From: a virus
Lineage: Duplodnaviria > Caudoviricetes
Reading direction: 5' to 3' (one strand)
IMG/VR virus record: IMGVR_UViG_3300023170_002258
Span: 1 to 52,480 of that record
DNA length: 52,480 bases
In this document: positions 36,601-45,834 of the stretch, piece by piece
Position numbering within the stretch: position 1 is the stretch's first letter
Layout: every line of letters begins with the position of its first letter
Program-made: the position numbers and the translations under genes
The notes under the pieces: model-generated
What the model saw: the letters and a program-made list of their open reading frames with translations, nothing else
What the model was told of the DNA's origin: nothing
Database searches by the model: none

Positions 36601-39600
36601 TCATCTATTAGGTTATTAATTCCGTCATAACGATTTATAACAGTGTCGTAGTATCCTCTTGTTCCATCATTAATTTCAAACTTCTGTGTATCTGGAATAC
36701 AAACATATGTTTTGCCAACCTCTGCTGTTTCACTCCAACGAGCAAACAAGTCTGCTGTTGTTTTCCAATTTGTAATCCAACCTTCAGATTTTAAGTATTC
36801 GCCATGTCCTAATAGGAAACTGTATGCATCTTGTAAAGAATTAAATGTAGTGCCATAATATATTCTACTAGGTGTATTCAAAAACTTAGTATATCTAACA
36901 AGGGATGTATTTGCTAAATTTACATAAACTTGTCTACTGTTTTCTGCAGGTTTAAAGTAATTTGCATACAATGTATTTCTATCAATGCCTGCAACTCTGA
37001 ATCCAACTTCAAGTTTTGTAAATTGTAGTGCACCCATAAATGTTTCTTTGTTAGGCTGATTTAAGTAAAGTAGTGTTTGAATATTTTCTTCAGGTATAGT
37101 TACTTTACCTTTATCTTGACTGCTTTCTAGTACAACACTTTGTCTATTAGGATTAACAAACCCACCTGCTTTAATAATTGGCTGCATCGCTGCTCTTGTA
37201 AATCTATCAGCTAGTGTATTTGCATTAGTGTTATTATATTCTGCAAAGTCTACAATAGCATTGTTAAGTCCAGTTTTATAACGTTTAGCTCCTTGACGTA
37301 AAAATACTTCTGTAGTGATAGTTCCTTCGTCAAATACAAGACCCGGCTTACTTTGATAGTCTTTACCGGGATTGGTAACTGTAATGCCAACTACACGATT
37401 GTTTTCTACAATTGCTCGTGCAGCGCCTTCTGAACCATAGTTTCCAAAAATATTAATTGATGGTACAGTTGTTACATCAGAACTCGATTTTACAAGTATT
37501 CTTTCAATAATACTGTCGCTATAATTTATGTTTGAAATAATTTTATTTTTATAATTACCAAGTCCACGTAAGTCGCTATCAATAACAATGTCGTCTGGAA
37601 TATTAGCATTACTAATAATACTTCTATTAGTACTGTCATAATATGTATTTGTAACCCACAGTGGACGCAGTCTTAATAGTGCAAGTATTTGTAAAATTTT
37701 AAATTCGCTTGTTTTAACCCATTCAAATTCTACATTACCCATGTCGCCAAATGTAAAGTCAGCAGCACGTTCCACTGTACCAGGTGCTGTTACAATACCT
37801 GCTGTTACTGGGCCATTTAGTTCGCCACTTACTGTAACTAGTGTATTATTATCCCAATCATATCCTGTATAAGCATATGCTTTATTATATTTTGGAGCAT
37901 CATCTGGATTATTATAGTGTCCTGTTTTTAATGCATTAATTAGCGAGAAACGTCTTGCAGAATTTGTCCAATTATATTTTGAATCCCACCAAGTTGGCTT
38001 TGTATTATGACCTAACATTTCCCAAGGATGTGTATGAGGACGTACTGTATTGAAATAGTATGTATAGATTCCTTTCCAGCCTCCGATGCCGTTACCAACA
38101 CTGCTATAATTCCAAGTAAACTCATCTGCAGAATCAAATGAAGAATCAGTTAGTGTAGTTAAATTTTCAGTAACTGAATAATGTTTAAAGTCTGGTTCCA
38201 ATGCTGCAATAAAGTTGTCCCAATCGTAAGGAGTAGGTCTGTTTGCATTTGGCATTATTTCTTTATAATCAACTACAGTTGAAATATTTTCGTTTAAGTT
38301 GTTATAAATTCTTAGTTCTAAATCCCATAATGCAGCATCATTGATACTGAAGTCAACACTAGATCTATTTGTTAAGTTTGATCCTGATCTTTCAACAATA
38401 CTTCCGTCATGTCCTTCGATATAACTTGTGTCAACTGTAGGCTGATACATTTTAATAAGTCCTAGTTTAACTGCACTAGGAGGTACGTAACTTACAGTAT
38501 TTTGAGGATACCAACGTATGTGTGTAGCAACTGTATTGTTAGTTTTATATGTAACAGATTTAGTTATAGTGATTTTATTATCAGACAGTGTATAATCAAC
38601 GCCTTTAACTAAACTATGCCAACCGTCTGCATCTTCAACCCATGCTTGAATATGATTTTTAGCGTCATGATATGTGTTGATAATTTGTGGTAAATCAAAT
38701 ACAAGTGTTTCGCCTGATATGCTAACATAGTCTACACTTTCATAATCTTTAAACATTGCCATATTACTATTAGCATATGGACTGTTAATACTTTTTCCTA
38801 AATTAATACTTGCAAGTGCACCGTCAACAATTTCATGTACAGGTGTTTCAATTGGAGTCTGCTTGTGTAATTGTTCTACTTTACGTAAGAATTGTTTTTT
38901 AAATTTTTTATAACTACGGGCAGCATACTTTAAACTATTATAAACATTAGTGTCAATATCTGCACTCAATTGATTTAGTAGTGCTGTACTGTAAGGCTGT
39001 TTTCTAATTGTTCCATCGAAATCATGTGCGTGTGGCAAATCGACATAGTTGTTGTCACCAAAGTAGTCACCTGTAAAACCTGGCATACGTGTCATTCCAC
39101 GACGCAAATGTTCTTGTAAATCTCCAAAGCTAACTTCTGTTGCCCAGTCATTCATTGCATTATATAAATGTGTATCTGCTGGTACGAAATTGCCGTCAGC
39201 ATTAACAGATAATTCTGCATCACTATGCCAGTATACATCTACTGTATCATTATTGTTTGCAGTTACAGTTAGTTTGGTATTTGCAATTGTATAATTTGTA
39301 GATGTTTTACCATTAACAAAAACTTCAACGTTTTTATGATCGGTATTATCATTGATCCAAATTAAACCAGTATTAGTTGTGTTGCCTACTTCACGATATC
39401 TAATAACCGATCCTGTAAATGCAGCATTGACTTGAATTTCAGTGTTATATGCATCTGTGTTTATTTTTGTAAAATTAGAAAGTACGTTGCCGTCAAAGTC
39501 TGTAAACTCTAAATCATTTATGCTAAAGTTAGATTGTACATAGTATGTTCTATCTTTACTCATAAACAAGTCTGGATTAACATCTGATACGTTGTGTAAT

Positions 39601-41897
39601 CTTGTAACAGAATTTTCTGTGCTTGTAGTAGCAAATTTAAATCCGTTTTTGTCTTTGTGAACAACAAATTTATTATCTGTGTTTAGATCAGTTGTACCTA
39701 ATTCTACAACAACATCTCCTGTTGCAATAAAACTAGCATGACGTTTTACAGGCTGACCATTTCTTAATAATTTCCAGCCATTATAATATTTGTCAGCATC
39801 TAACATTTTATAGAAGTAATAACCTGTAATTTCTTCTATGTTTCCTGTGTCAAATGTTTGATGATAAGAATTATTTTCTTTAATAACATTGTACTCGTAG
39901 CGTTTTGCTCCGAGCTCTAAGTCGAAACTTAATCCAGGTGTATTGCCATAGTCGACATAACGTGGGGCAAACCCTAAACTTTCATCAACACGCCCAGAAC
40001 CTTTTCCATAGTCAAAAATTCTATCGCCTTTGAATGTACTATTTGGATAAACTGTTGTATCTTGTAGTTCTACTAAATCTGTATCATATAACTGGAACAA
40101 TGCACCTTGACTTGTATGTTCTTTTTGTTGTCCGTACACCCATGTTGTGCCATCCCAATACCATTCGCTTCCACTATAAATGTATCCGTTGTAGCTATCA
40201 TAAAATACAGCATTATATCCGTTAACACACATTATTTTATGACCTACTTCATAATCTGTTAAGTCGTATATAAGTGTTAAAGCTAAATTACCTGTTGCAT
40301 ATCCGCTTACACGGAATATTTTATTATTGTAATTTACATCTGTACAGTTAGTGAATAATACTAGTTCGTTGTCTTCTATTACTCTAGAATATATTTGATT
40401 CCAATATTTACGATTTTCATACTGTGTTGGGTCGAATGCTTCGCCATGTGTTTGCTTACAATCCCAATAAGTTATTTCTCCGCCGATTGTTCTTTTAACT
40501 AAGTCACCTTTATTGTATCCTTTATGAACCCATTCATCGGAAACTAAATGCCTTGCAATATCAAAGTAAGTTTGTCCAATAATATCATTTGCAGGATCTA
40601 ATTCATCAAACATATAATCAACAAATGTTAAATGTTTTGTGCCGTAATTATATTTTTTAATATTTGCTTTGTATTCGATAATAGGTCTTGTTGCACGGAA
40701 TATTTCTTTTGTGTATAGTGCAGGATCTTCATCTAAGAAATCACAAATATTTTCGATTGTGTTTTGTTTAACCCAAAGATTACTACGAGCCCATGCACTT
40801 TGATCTTGACTTGTGCGTTCTTCAACTGTATATTCACGTGCTTGCATTTTTAGTTCACGTAAATCAAAAGGTTTAAATTCAAAACTTTCCTCAACCTGGT
40901 CAAACCTAGTAGGAGCTCTTCCGCTGTAAATTGTTTGGTTAAACCATACTCGTTTACCGTAATTATCTACATTTCCTACCGGAACAAATTGCTGTGTAAA
41001 ACTAATACCTTCTGGTTTACCTACACCGTCGACAATGTAAATTTCTTCTTTTTTATGTGTTCCGCTAACAGTCCAGAAGCAATGTATTTCGATTTCATCT
41101 CCTAAGTTAGGCGCTGTAGTAAATTCATACTCAGTTGCACTAATTTTATTATAGTCAACTCCTTCTGTTTGTAAAACATTGTTTAAATAAACGTTACTTT
41201 CTGTTGGGTTACTAATAGGACTTGTAAATACTTGATTGTTTGCAACTGTCTGATGTATACGTTCAATATCGATACTTTCAAATCGAATACGCATGCCGTT
41301 TTCAAGTGTAAGTGTTTTACCATTACTTAATGCTGGAGATGTATATTCAAATTTTCCAATAATATCATCGATTGTAATAGGATTACTTGCATTTGGAATA
41401 AGATCAATAACAGGAATTGAATCCAGCACCCAAAAGTATTTGTGATAGTTTACAAACATATCATAATTAATTGGCAAGTCTAATGTATAGCCTTCTTCAT
41501 CAAAAACTCTGCTGTTTTGATTTAAGTGCACTCCACTAAAATTCATATTATGAAGTAGGTCATCATATGTAATAGCGTTGGTTACAGATCCGTTTGTGTC
41601 TTTGTTTACAAGACCCGGAACAAACTGATAAGGATCACTAGTTCTTCCATCTTCAACATATGAGTCATCAATATTTCTTGTGTGTGTTTTTGCACCTACA
41701 TAGTGATTAATAGCTTGTAAACTACCGCTACTCATCAATTGTTCTAGTGTACTATCTAAGAAACGTTTGTTTACTTGTGTTCTGAAAATCTCAGGCAACA
41801 ATCCTGTAACGTTACGAGTCCCTACATATTCTGTACTTTCGCCAGGTCTAGTAATTAGTGGGGCATCAATTGGATTTGCTCTGTAATTCTTGCTCAT
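30690..41897 (-). CDS. Giant virion structural protein (3735 aa), probable baseplate wedge (gp7-like)
   Basis: Follows the gp25-like and gp6-like genes; N-terminal LLPEIFRT..NKRFL and C-terminal IEKYFADIKPFHTK (wedge-like KP.H); contains CBM-like W..Y..V motifs and nested IN-type repeats. Confidence 0.7.
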   Translation of the reverse strand: MSKNYRANPIDAPLITRPGESTEYVGTRNVTGLLPEIFRTQVNKRFLDSTLEQLMSSGSLQAINHYVGAKTHTRNIDDSYVEDGRTSDPYQFVPGLVNKDTNGSVTNAITYDDLLHNMNFSGVHLNQNSRVFDEEGYTLDLPINYDMFVNYHKYFWVLDSIPVIDLIPNASNPITIDDIIGKFEYTSPALSNGKTLTLENGMRIRFESIDIERIHQTVANNQVFTSPISNPTESNVYLNNVLQTEGVDYNKISATEYEFTTAPNLGDEIEIHCFWTVSGTHKKEEIYIVDGVGKPEGISFTQQFVPVGNVDNYGKRVWFNQTIYSGRAPTRFDQVEESFEFKPFDLRELKMQAREYTVEERTSQDQSAWARSNLWVKQNTIENICDFLDEDPALYTKEIFRATRPIIEYKANIKKYNYGTKHLTFVDYMFDELDPANDIIGQTYFDIARHLVSDEWVHKGYNKGDLVKRTIGGEITYWDCKQTHGEAFDPTQYENRKYWNQIYSRVIEDNELVLFTNCTDVNYNNKIFRVSGYATGNLALTLIYDLTDYEVGHKIMCVNGYNAVFYDSYNGYIYSGSEWYWDGTTWVYGQQKEHTSQGALFQLYDTDLVELQDTTVYPNSTFKGDRIFDYGKGSGRVDESLGFAPRYVDYGNTPGLSFDLELGAKRYEYNVIKENNSYHQTFDTGNIEEITGYYFYKMLDADKYYNGWKLLRNGQPVKRHASFIATGDVVVELGTTDLNTDNKFVVHKDKNGFKFATTSTENSVTRLHNVSDVNPDLFMSKDRTYYVQSNFSINDLEFTDFDGNVLSNFTKINTDAYNTEIQVNAAFTGSVIRYREVGNTTNTGLIWINDNTDHKNVEVFVNGKTSTNYTIANTKLTVTANNNDTVDVYWHSDAELSVNADGNFVPADTHLYNAMNDWATEVSFGDLQEHLRRGMTRMPGFTGDYFGDNNYVDLPHAHDFDGTIRKQPYSTALLNQLSADIDTNVYNSLKYAARSYKKFKKQFLRKVEQLHKQTPIETPVHEIVDGALASINLGKSINSPYANSNMAMFKDYESVDYVSISGETLVFDLPQIINTYHDAKNHIQAWVEDADGWHSLVKGVDYTLSDNKITITKSVTYKTNNTVATHIRWYPQNTVSYVPPSAVKLGLIKMYQPTVDTSYIEGHDGSIVERSGSNLTNRSSVDFSINDAALWDLELRIYNNLNENISTVVDYKEIMPNANRPTPYDWDNFIAALEPDFKHYSVTENLTTLTDSSFDSADEFTWNYSSVGNGIGGWKGIYTYYFNTVRPHTHPWEMLGHNTKPTWWDSKYNWTNSARRFSLINALKTGHYNNPDDAPKYNKAYAYTGYDWDNNTLVTVSGELNGPVTAGIVTAPGTVERAADFTFGDMGNVEFEWVKTSEFKILQILALLRLRPLWVTNTYYDSTNRSIISNANIPDDIVIDSDLRGLGNYKNKIISNINYSDSIIERILVKSSSDVTTVPSINIFGNYGSEGAARAIVENNRVVGITVTNPGKDYQSKPGLVFDEGTITTEVFLRQGAKRYKTGLNNAIVDFAEYNNTNANTLADRFTRAAMQPIIKAGGFVNPNRQSVVLESSQDKGKVTIPEENIQTLLYLNQPNKETFMGALQFTKLEVGFRVAGIDRNTLYANYFKPAENSRQVYVNLANTSLVRYTKFLNTPSRIYYGTTFNSLQDAYSFLLGHGEYLKSEGWITNWKTTADLFARWSETAEVGKTYVCIPDTQKFEINDGTRGYYDTVINRYDGINNLIDETGSAVPANKIVVSRPINSSEDPITTIETKSDDTNILGLRLYRVELEHVLVVDNETDFDDVIYKPEIGQRHLRVIWKGARTKDWNGKLYTPGYLVNNNTIIDNFDTTANSTLEYFNESSAGVNNTQMTDTARFNVGYNKPQWSEYLNLDNDTVFNFTKSTRKYRGTKFGLNAFMRNTSMLGGQADANLYEMWALRTADFGDIRSRDTVEFELNTDILSTSPQVVQFHADDVSDIITEDIINIDPTSNLLVTGSTENVFRTRAAKKYNTQSLADMDQFENDFVTAGLPLLTETDYRVINKEDFTAFPVENKTAYDFSGDWQEVDAWNNRVAYKFNDKVIQEGYVWRMRDPDGSSGLQRPNDPIEVIGRNSLPIIPSDGQTISIDGTVVTIQRTSESTTLNTIELTGTENLNTSGVPHGSTLILGQSSSVNQTLVFDNEVSNIVFQDVTKTGTVVNPTITGGPTSGKELIIDGVTISFDDSESSVTNVTIQQGFTQAFNSTFVTNTSQISTLVSARISAIETLRQAFINTSGLSSWDSFLASYFSNASGLNFGVLQSFYGGSFDSELDALANNDMELVNSITNNSYTDPFTILASDTTATKNALDSAPYITNIRNFAVNNSSSTFAASEVIATETGTSGKVYNLTEIIQKINNASIPNVTAGQTTGGNLIVTKTTNDTSQPFSLTISAASANSDVGFATANQTINSSGITIIDTPDLTLSEVVNQINAANIPNISAVGLASGQLQILCSASTLFVGPGNANTFVGITEGVIPATVTVISVDRTSDLTDTISSINNASLPGITASNSNNRLRIVSTNETMTIGEGTANSTLGITAQVYYATQSVISNVFNELGSDGESTFSRVDIDPFIFSIWAADNSEQSNINAGYNVYQSMHFGFHITKACEGNFDADEAQITIAAADYSNDLQHFHNLNVGDYVLIAGSNTTPSVDGVHRVTRIDTDNPNQFYIDEYINQEGNSGNVYPLRSVRFSSYADLIANFNTFKVNPLVDNNPAIFNYNFASKRSNGDPIYAFVDDDNGAPAVYRWTGGWSLTSGHYDGEWVKVRSAPTQARNDLIENVKLYDANRRTLITALEIYDPAKGIIPSFVESEIEFKSTADMAVYNYDSYNGYEEIDDAWTDAWIGKRWWNLATSIYLDYEQGPEKYQQQQWGRLFPGSEIEIYEWIRSPVMPEEYEQLVTSGGVIDGSVASGEPYSVIIDGEIRYYWTEKTYYNPVRNRSETNYYFWVKNKQSASGIRNYNVLQLANIMTNFKDLEIAWAAASTSNTLLLANADKFVTNDTVTQINQIYESNSLPLNEWTLLAECDPAETIPEYLHIKIRDSLAGYNNYRDLYTYTEWSATTVYNRESVVIKDNEFFICLKDSVTGGNPTTDTLEYNWAKIYNYILPPETEATDIEVWRGQPVPDLRLHPFNRYGHLTRPVQSLYRDITTARQNFVDAANDYLKDICVTASMTSWDDIFYTKYTEGEVEYKLEHYWNFVDWTYREYSDCAELTYEHDTSTLADFVVDTVDEIISRQANANVIDVPNGSYVYVKYSRHSDGINRPEMWYKENDEFSLRWKKYGTIELSDELWLESKFGHGFDAAGFDISGYDSGVANIINLLFDLFRDKIFIGQHKDKYNKLWFRCLYQAVIEGTADDFAFKTTYVKLGVDHPLILDPVTYQHHSTTAIEKYFADIKPFHTKLHTLEQRPTVMDSATVELSEVSRDSEITIQMNDYARHWNGDVLLSGGTFTEDIVEEDYAEEGYVESDYFRDDFLSYEFLTPESTVEVLYDGNEFIQPGYERIGEELVGLDLLENVRIRVQTNASGSTEDADTRSFQINMFTNFDIQESIVILDANKTTISNNITESDTTITVDDASVLGNDSGIIWIGTERISYDARDGNTLRYCRRGTLGTSAIAHTAGDTVVDAGLQVELPVRERLGNYRDTLRSAYNEPGVSLSSSSTESVHRFIRNAGAGTI

Positions 41898-44800
41898 ACG
41901 ATGCTTACTCCGGAGTTAGCTGCAATACTTGTTGGATTTGCAACAAATGCATTTGTTATTGTAATATTAGAAGTATTTAAGATTGGAACAAATAGCTCGT
42001 CGCTGTCGCATCTAATTTCAAATAAGTTAGCTTCAAAATCACTAACTGGAGCAATTGTTACTTGACTTACTTGTCCGATCATGTTATTATGAATATATGC
42101 TGCTAGCTCAGTGAAATAGAAAGTTTCACCAAAATCCCAGTTATTAATATTGAAATAATCTTCTATTAAACGTACTACTTGTTGTTTAATTTCAGTATCA
42201 CTAAGTGTAGAATTACTTGTTTTTGTTACATTAAAACCTGCTTGCAATTCTTCACTTGCTAAGTCTCCAAACAATACCTTATACTTGACAGGTCTGTAAA
42301 TAACCTGATCACTAATTGTTTTTTTGCTATCTAATCTTGCAAACAAATCGTTTAGTTCGTGTACAGTTGGCGGATTAGGTTTTGTAAATTCTCTGCCATC
42401 ATTTTTAGCCCAAATTCTAAAATCATTATCATAGCTTTCTAGTAGTACAAATGTGTCAATAATATTTGTAATACTTGGATCAATGACCTGTCCTAAGTCT
42501 GCAATTCTATTATACTTTGTGTGCAATTTCGCTCTGCCAGGTACAATTTCTGTGCCGTTTGGATCCCATACTTTATACTGAAATCCGTCAACATATCTAA
42601 TACCTAGTTTAGTAGTTTGCGATGTAGCAATATCGTGATATGCTGCAGGGTTATCCGGGAATCCGTCGTTGTCTGGATCTGCTAGTGCTACTCTAATTTT
42701 GTGTGGATCTGTATAACCATCATTATACGTAAAATATCCTGTAGCATTAAACTTATAATCTTTATTGAGTGGTGTATGATCTGTGCCGCTAGATGTATTA
42801 ATACTCAATACTGTAACACTGTCTCGACTTGGTTTTAGTGTTTCGCTACTAAATGTTTCTGCAAAGTTTAAATTACCAAATTTAACTTTTTGATCACTGC
42901 CATATATAAGTCTTGTTTTTCTTGTTAATATTTCCCACTTGTCAGTCTGATAGTTAATACGTATAATCCAACTATTGTCGATACCTGTGTTACTTGCATC
43001 ACCTTCGTTGAATCTGCTCCAACTTGCTACACTGTTATTTGTAATTCCACTTGCAGGTAAATCTGCACTATCGACTACTAACCATTGTTGTCCAGCAGCA
43101 TCATATCTTAGTGCAAAACTATTATTATTTTCTAGTTTTGTTAATACTTCAGTTTTAATATTATCTGTAAGTTGTGATTCCCAACTTGGAACAATACGTC
43201 TGATACGTGCACCACTTGGTACAATTTTGTTTAATACAACTGCGCCACGACCACGCTCGTCAATACCAGTTGGAATACCAGTAGCGTCATCTATGCCAAG
43301 TCCTGTAATGTTTAAACTAACTACTCTTGTCCATACACTGTCAGCGTTCGCTACTTCTACTACTGCAACTGCTCCGCTGCCTCCAGTTGATTGTGCTTCA
43401 AATTCAATGCTGGTAGCTTCGTTATAGTTAATACCACTATTTTCAATGGTAACACTATGAACTGCACCATTGGCAACATCTGCAGTTAACACTGCGTCCG
43501 TGCCAACACCTTTAATTTTAACTATAGGAGCGTCTATATAACCGCTACCGCCATTTAAAATGTTAATACTTTTGATGTATCCGTCTTTAAATGGAAATGT
43601 TACAAATTCAACTAATCCGTTAATTTCTGCTTTACGAAGCGGGTGTTGTGCCATTTCGCCTAAACGCTGTGGAACACCGTTTAGTGTAATATTGCCTGTA
43701 CAAGTTTTATGACTTTTAGTAACTTGATTCCAACGATAAACATTTGTTTCTGTATTATCTGCAGTTACGTAAGTAATATAAGAAGTAGTGTCTGTATATT
43801 CTTTAGTAAAGTTATAGTTACCCAATGGACCATAATAATGTCTTGTATAGTAAAAGTTTTTAACTTCTGCATTATCTAGTAAAGGTCTTAAATGCTGTTG
43901 ATATAATGCTTCACTGTTTAAATTTGTTGGCAAGTTAACAACTTTACGACTAGTAACATCATCTGTATACAAATAACCATCGTCAAAATATTGAGTTGCA
44001 TCACTGTATGTTGCAGTTGGATCATTAAAATCTCTAAAGCGGCTGTGTCCGCTATGAATACGATTTACACTTTTAATTTTTCTAATGTTGTTGCTAACAG
44101 TGAGTGGATAAATGCTGTAATCTTCTGCTGTGACCATACGATCCTGTGTAGCAAAAAATCTACTTGCATTTGCTTTGATACTGTCGATACTTTCTCTTGC
44201 ACTTGCATTGTTTATAGTTTCTTTTAAACTACAGTCTAGTGTAGCTCTATACGTTGTACCATCATGTCCTACATAATCAAATACAATAGTAGTGTTACCA
44301 ATGTCACTAGGTAATAATCTATAAGTTAAGTTAAGACCTGTTCTGTACCAAACACGAATTGTTCCACGTGGAATATTACCAAAGTTACCGTCGGCAAAAA
44401 CAATACTTACTTGATCATTTTCTCTACTAGATACTGTATAAATGTCACGTTGATTATTTTGTAAACTATTATAAACTGCACTTAGTCCATACAGTCTGTC
44501 AATTTGTGTCCACGTTTTGAGAACTTGTCCTGCTTCGTCGATTGTTTGTACCCAAATGTTACCGTTAGCAATGTTTTCTGAATTAACATCTATTACCATG
44601 TTTGGTAAACCGTTTTCAATATTAAAATCTTTAAACTCTAGTGTACCTTGTTTCAATCCCATAAAGAATCCAGTGTTTGCACTGTCTGTACTACTGTTGT
44701 CGTTACGATACAACAAATCTATAACACCATAAGGATTAGGTGCTTTTTCTTCTAACTTTCCTAGTGTTTGATTATAGTAAACACTGTGTGCACCAAATGC

Positions 44801-45430
44801 TGCTCTACCGCCGTTTACTTTCCCTGTAAAATTAAAAACAATTTCGTTATTCAAACTGTTAGTTCTATAAATTTCATTACGTATATTATTACTATCTGTA
44901 AATTTAGCAAACGGCTGTCCAAACTGACTGTTGTTTTGTAATACTGAATTCATAACAGTTAAGAAATTTTGATAAGTATCTGGATTGTTTGTACCGCTAA
45001 ATTGTACAAACTTGTTTGCAAGGCTGTTGCCATTTACATCGTAAACTTCTTCTGTTGTTTTAATACTGTTTACTTTTAAATATCCGCTGGCAACGACATT
45101 TCTAGTAGGTGTATATCCTAAAAATTCTGCAATACGTAAGGCGCTTTCTCTACGCTCAGCAGTACTTAAAAAAGTCTCACGAGCATTTAAGTCGTTTCTA
45201 AATGCTAAGTTATGTCCAAGGAATGCCATAAGTTCCATTAAACTTACAAATTCACTTGAACTAATCCAGTCGTTAAAGTTTTCTGGATAATTATTGTTTA
45301 TGTATTCTACCATTGTATTACGAATGGTATCAAAATCATATGCTTGGAAATTTGCTTGTGCAAAACTTTCGTATATTACACTAAAGTCTTCTGCAGCAAA
45401 TAAACTGCTTTGTCTTGCGCCTTGTGCCAT
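41894..45430 (-). CDS. Baseplate wedge subunit (T4 gp6-like/baseplate J-like)
   Basis: YDFDTIR...LMAFLGHNLAFRNDLNARETFLSTAERRES...GYTP.R; IVFADGNFG.IP; ESIDSIK......FATQDRMVTAEDY; WDFGETFY. Confidence 0.88.
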   Translation of the reverse strand: MAQGARQSSLFAAEDFSVIYESFAQANFQAYDFDTIRNTMVEYINNNYPENFNDWISSSEFVSLMELMAFLGHNLAFRNDLNARETFLSTAERRESALRIAEFLGYTPTRNVVASGYLKVNSIKTTEEVYDVNGNSLANKFVQFSGTNNPDTYQNFLTVMNSVLQNNSQFGQPFAKFTDSNNIRNEIYRTNSLNNEIVFNFTGKVNGGRAAFGAHSVYYNQTLGKLEEKAPNPYGVIDLLYRNDNSSTDSANTGFFMGLKQGTLEFKDFNIENGLPNMVIDVNSENIANGNIWVQTIDEAGQVLKTWTQIDRLYGLSAVYNSLQNNQRDIYTVSSRENDQVSIVFADGNFGNIPRGTIRVWYRTGLNLTYRLLPSDIGNTTIVFDYVGHDGTTYRATLDCSLKETINNASARESIDSIKANASRFFATQDRMVTAEDYSIYPLTVSNNIRKIKSVNRIHSGHSRFRDFNDPTATYSDATQYFDDGYLYTDDVTSRKVVNLPTNLNSEALYQQHLRPLLDNAEVKNFYYTRHYYGPLGNYNFTKEYTDTTSYITYVTADNTETNVYRWNQVTKSHKTCTGNITLNGVPQRLGEMAQHPLRKAEINGLVEFVTFPFKDGYIKSINILNGGSGYIDAPIVKIKGVGTDAVLTADVANGAVHSVTIENSGINYNEATSIEFEAQSTGGSGAVAVVEVANADSVWTRVVSLNITGLGIDDATGIPTGIDERGRGAVVLNKIVPSGARIRRIVPSWESQLTDNIKTEVLTKLENNNSFALRYDAAGQQWLVVDSADLPASGITNNSVASWSRFNEGDASNTGIDNSWIIRINYQTDKWEILTRKTRLIYGSDQKVKFGNLNFAETFSSETLKPSRDSVTVLSINTSSGTDHTPLNKDYKFNATGYFTYNDGYTDPHKIRVALADPDNDGFPDNPAAYHDIATSQTTKLGIRYVDGFQYKVWDPNGTEIVPGRAKLHTKYNRIADLGQVIDPSITNIIDTFVLLESYDNDFRIWAKNDGREFTKPNPPTVHELNDLFARLDSKKTISDQVIYRPVKYKVLFGDLASEELQAGFNVTKTSNSTLSDTEIKQQVVRLIEDYFNINNWDFGETFYFTELAAYIHNNMIGQVSQVTIAPVSDFEANLFEIRCDSDELFVPILNTSNITITNAFVANPTSIAANSGVSIV

Positions 45431-45795
45431 TATGCTATCTCACCTACAAAATTTAGATATAGTTCTTCTGCTGTACCTGTATCAACGTATTCTATTTTTG
45501 CATGAACATTAATAGTGTGATCATCTGGTTTTTGTAAAAAGGTACTAATTAAATTCCAACGTGGATCATTATTAATAATTCTTTCCACATCTTCTTTGAT
45601 TACACTTTCTGTGTAAGAATCCATTGGTTCAAATAACATTTCCCAAATTATACATCCAAATCCTGGATTCATCACTCTTTCACCACGACGAGTGTAAAAG
45701 TGGTTTGTTAAGTCACGTTTTGCTAAATCCTTATCTGTAAGGATTCTACTTTCTGCTAATTGTCCAATTGAACTATATCCGATATATGTTGCCAT
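45430..45795 (-). CDS. Baseplate wedge subunit, gp25-like
   Basis: DLTNHFYTRRGERVMNPGFG..IWEMLFEP...DPRW, the GPW/gp25 signature. Confidence 0.92.
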   Translation of the reverse strand: MATYIGYSSIGQLAESRILTDKDLAKRDLTNHFYTRRGERVMNPGFGCIIWEMLFEPMDSYTESVIKEDVERIINNDPRWNLISTFLQKPDDHTINVHAKIEYVDTGTAEELYLNFVGEIA

Positions 45796-45800
45796 AATAA

Positions 45801-45808
45801 TATTTATC
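45801..45808 (-). promoter_or_regulatory. Late-promoter-like GATAAATA, 5 nt upstream of the gp25-like start codon
   Basis: Minus strand reads GATAAATA-ttatt-ATG; no ribosome-binding site fits between the box and the ATG. Confidence 0.6.
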
Positions 45809-45834
45809 CATAAATTATGTGCTAATATAATTTA

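Noticed and set aside
43350-43580. GGSGY..AP / NSGINY repeat insertion in the gp6-like protein
   Set aside because: This repeat type is common in structural proteins of large myoviruses and is not distinctive.
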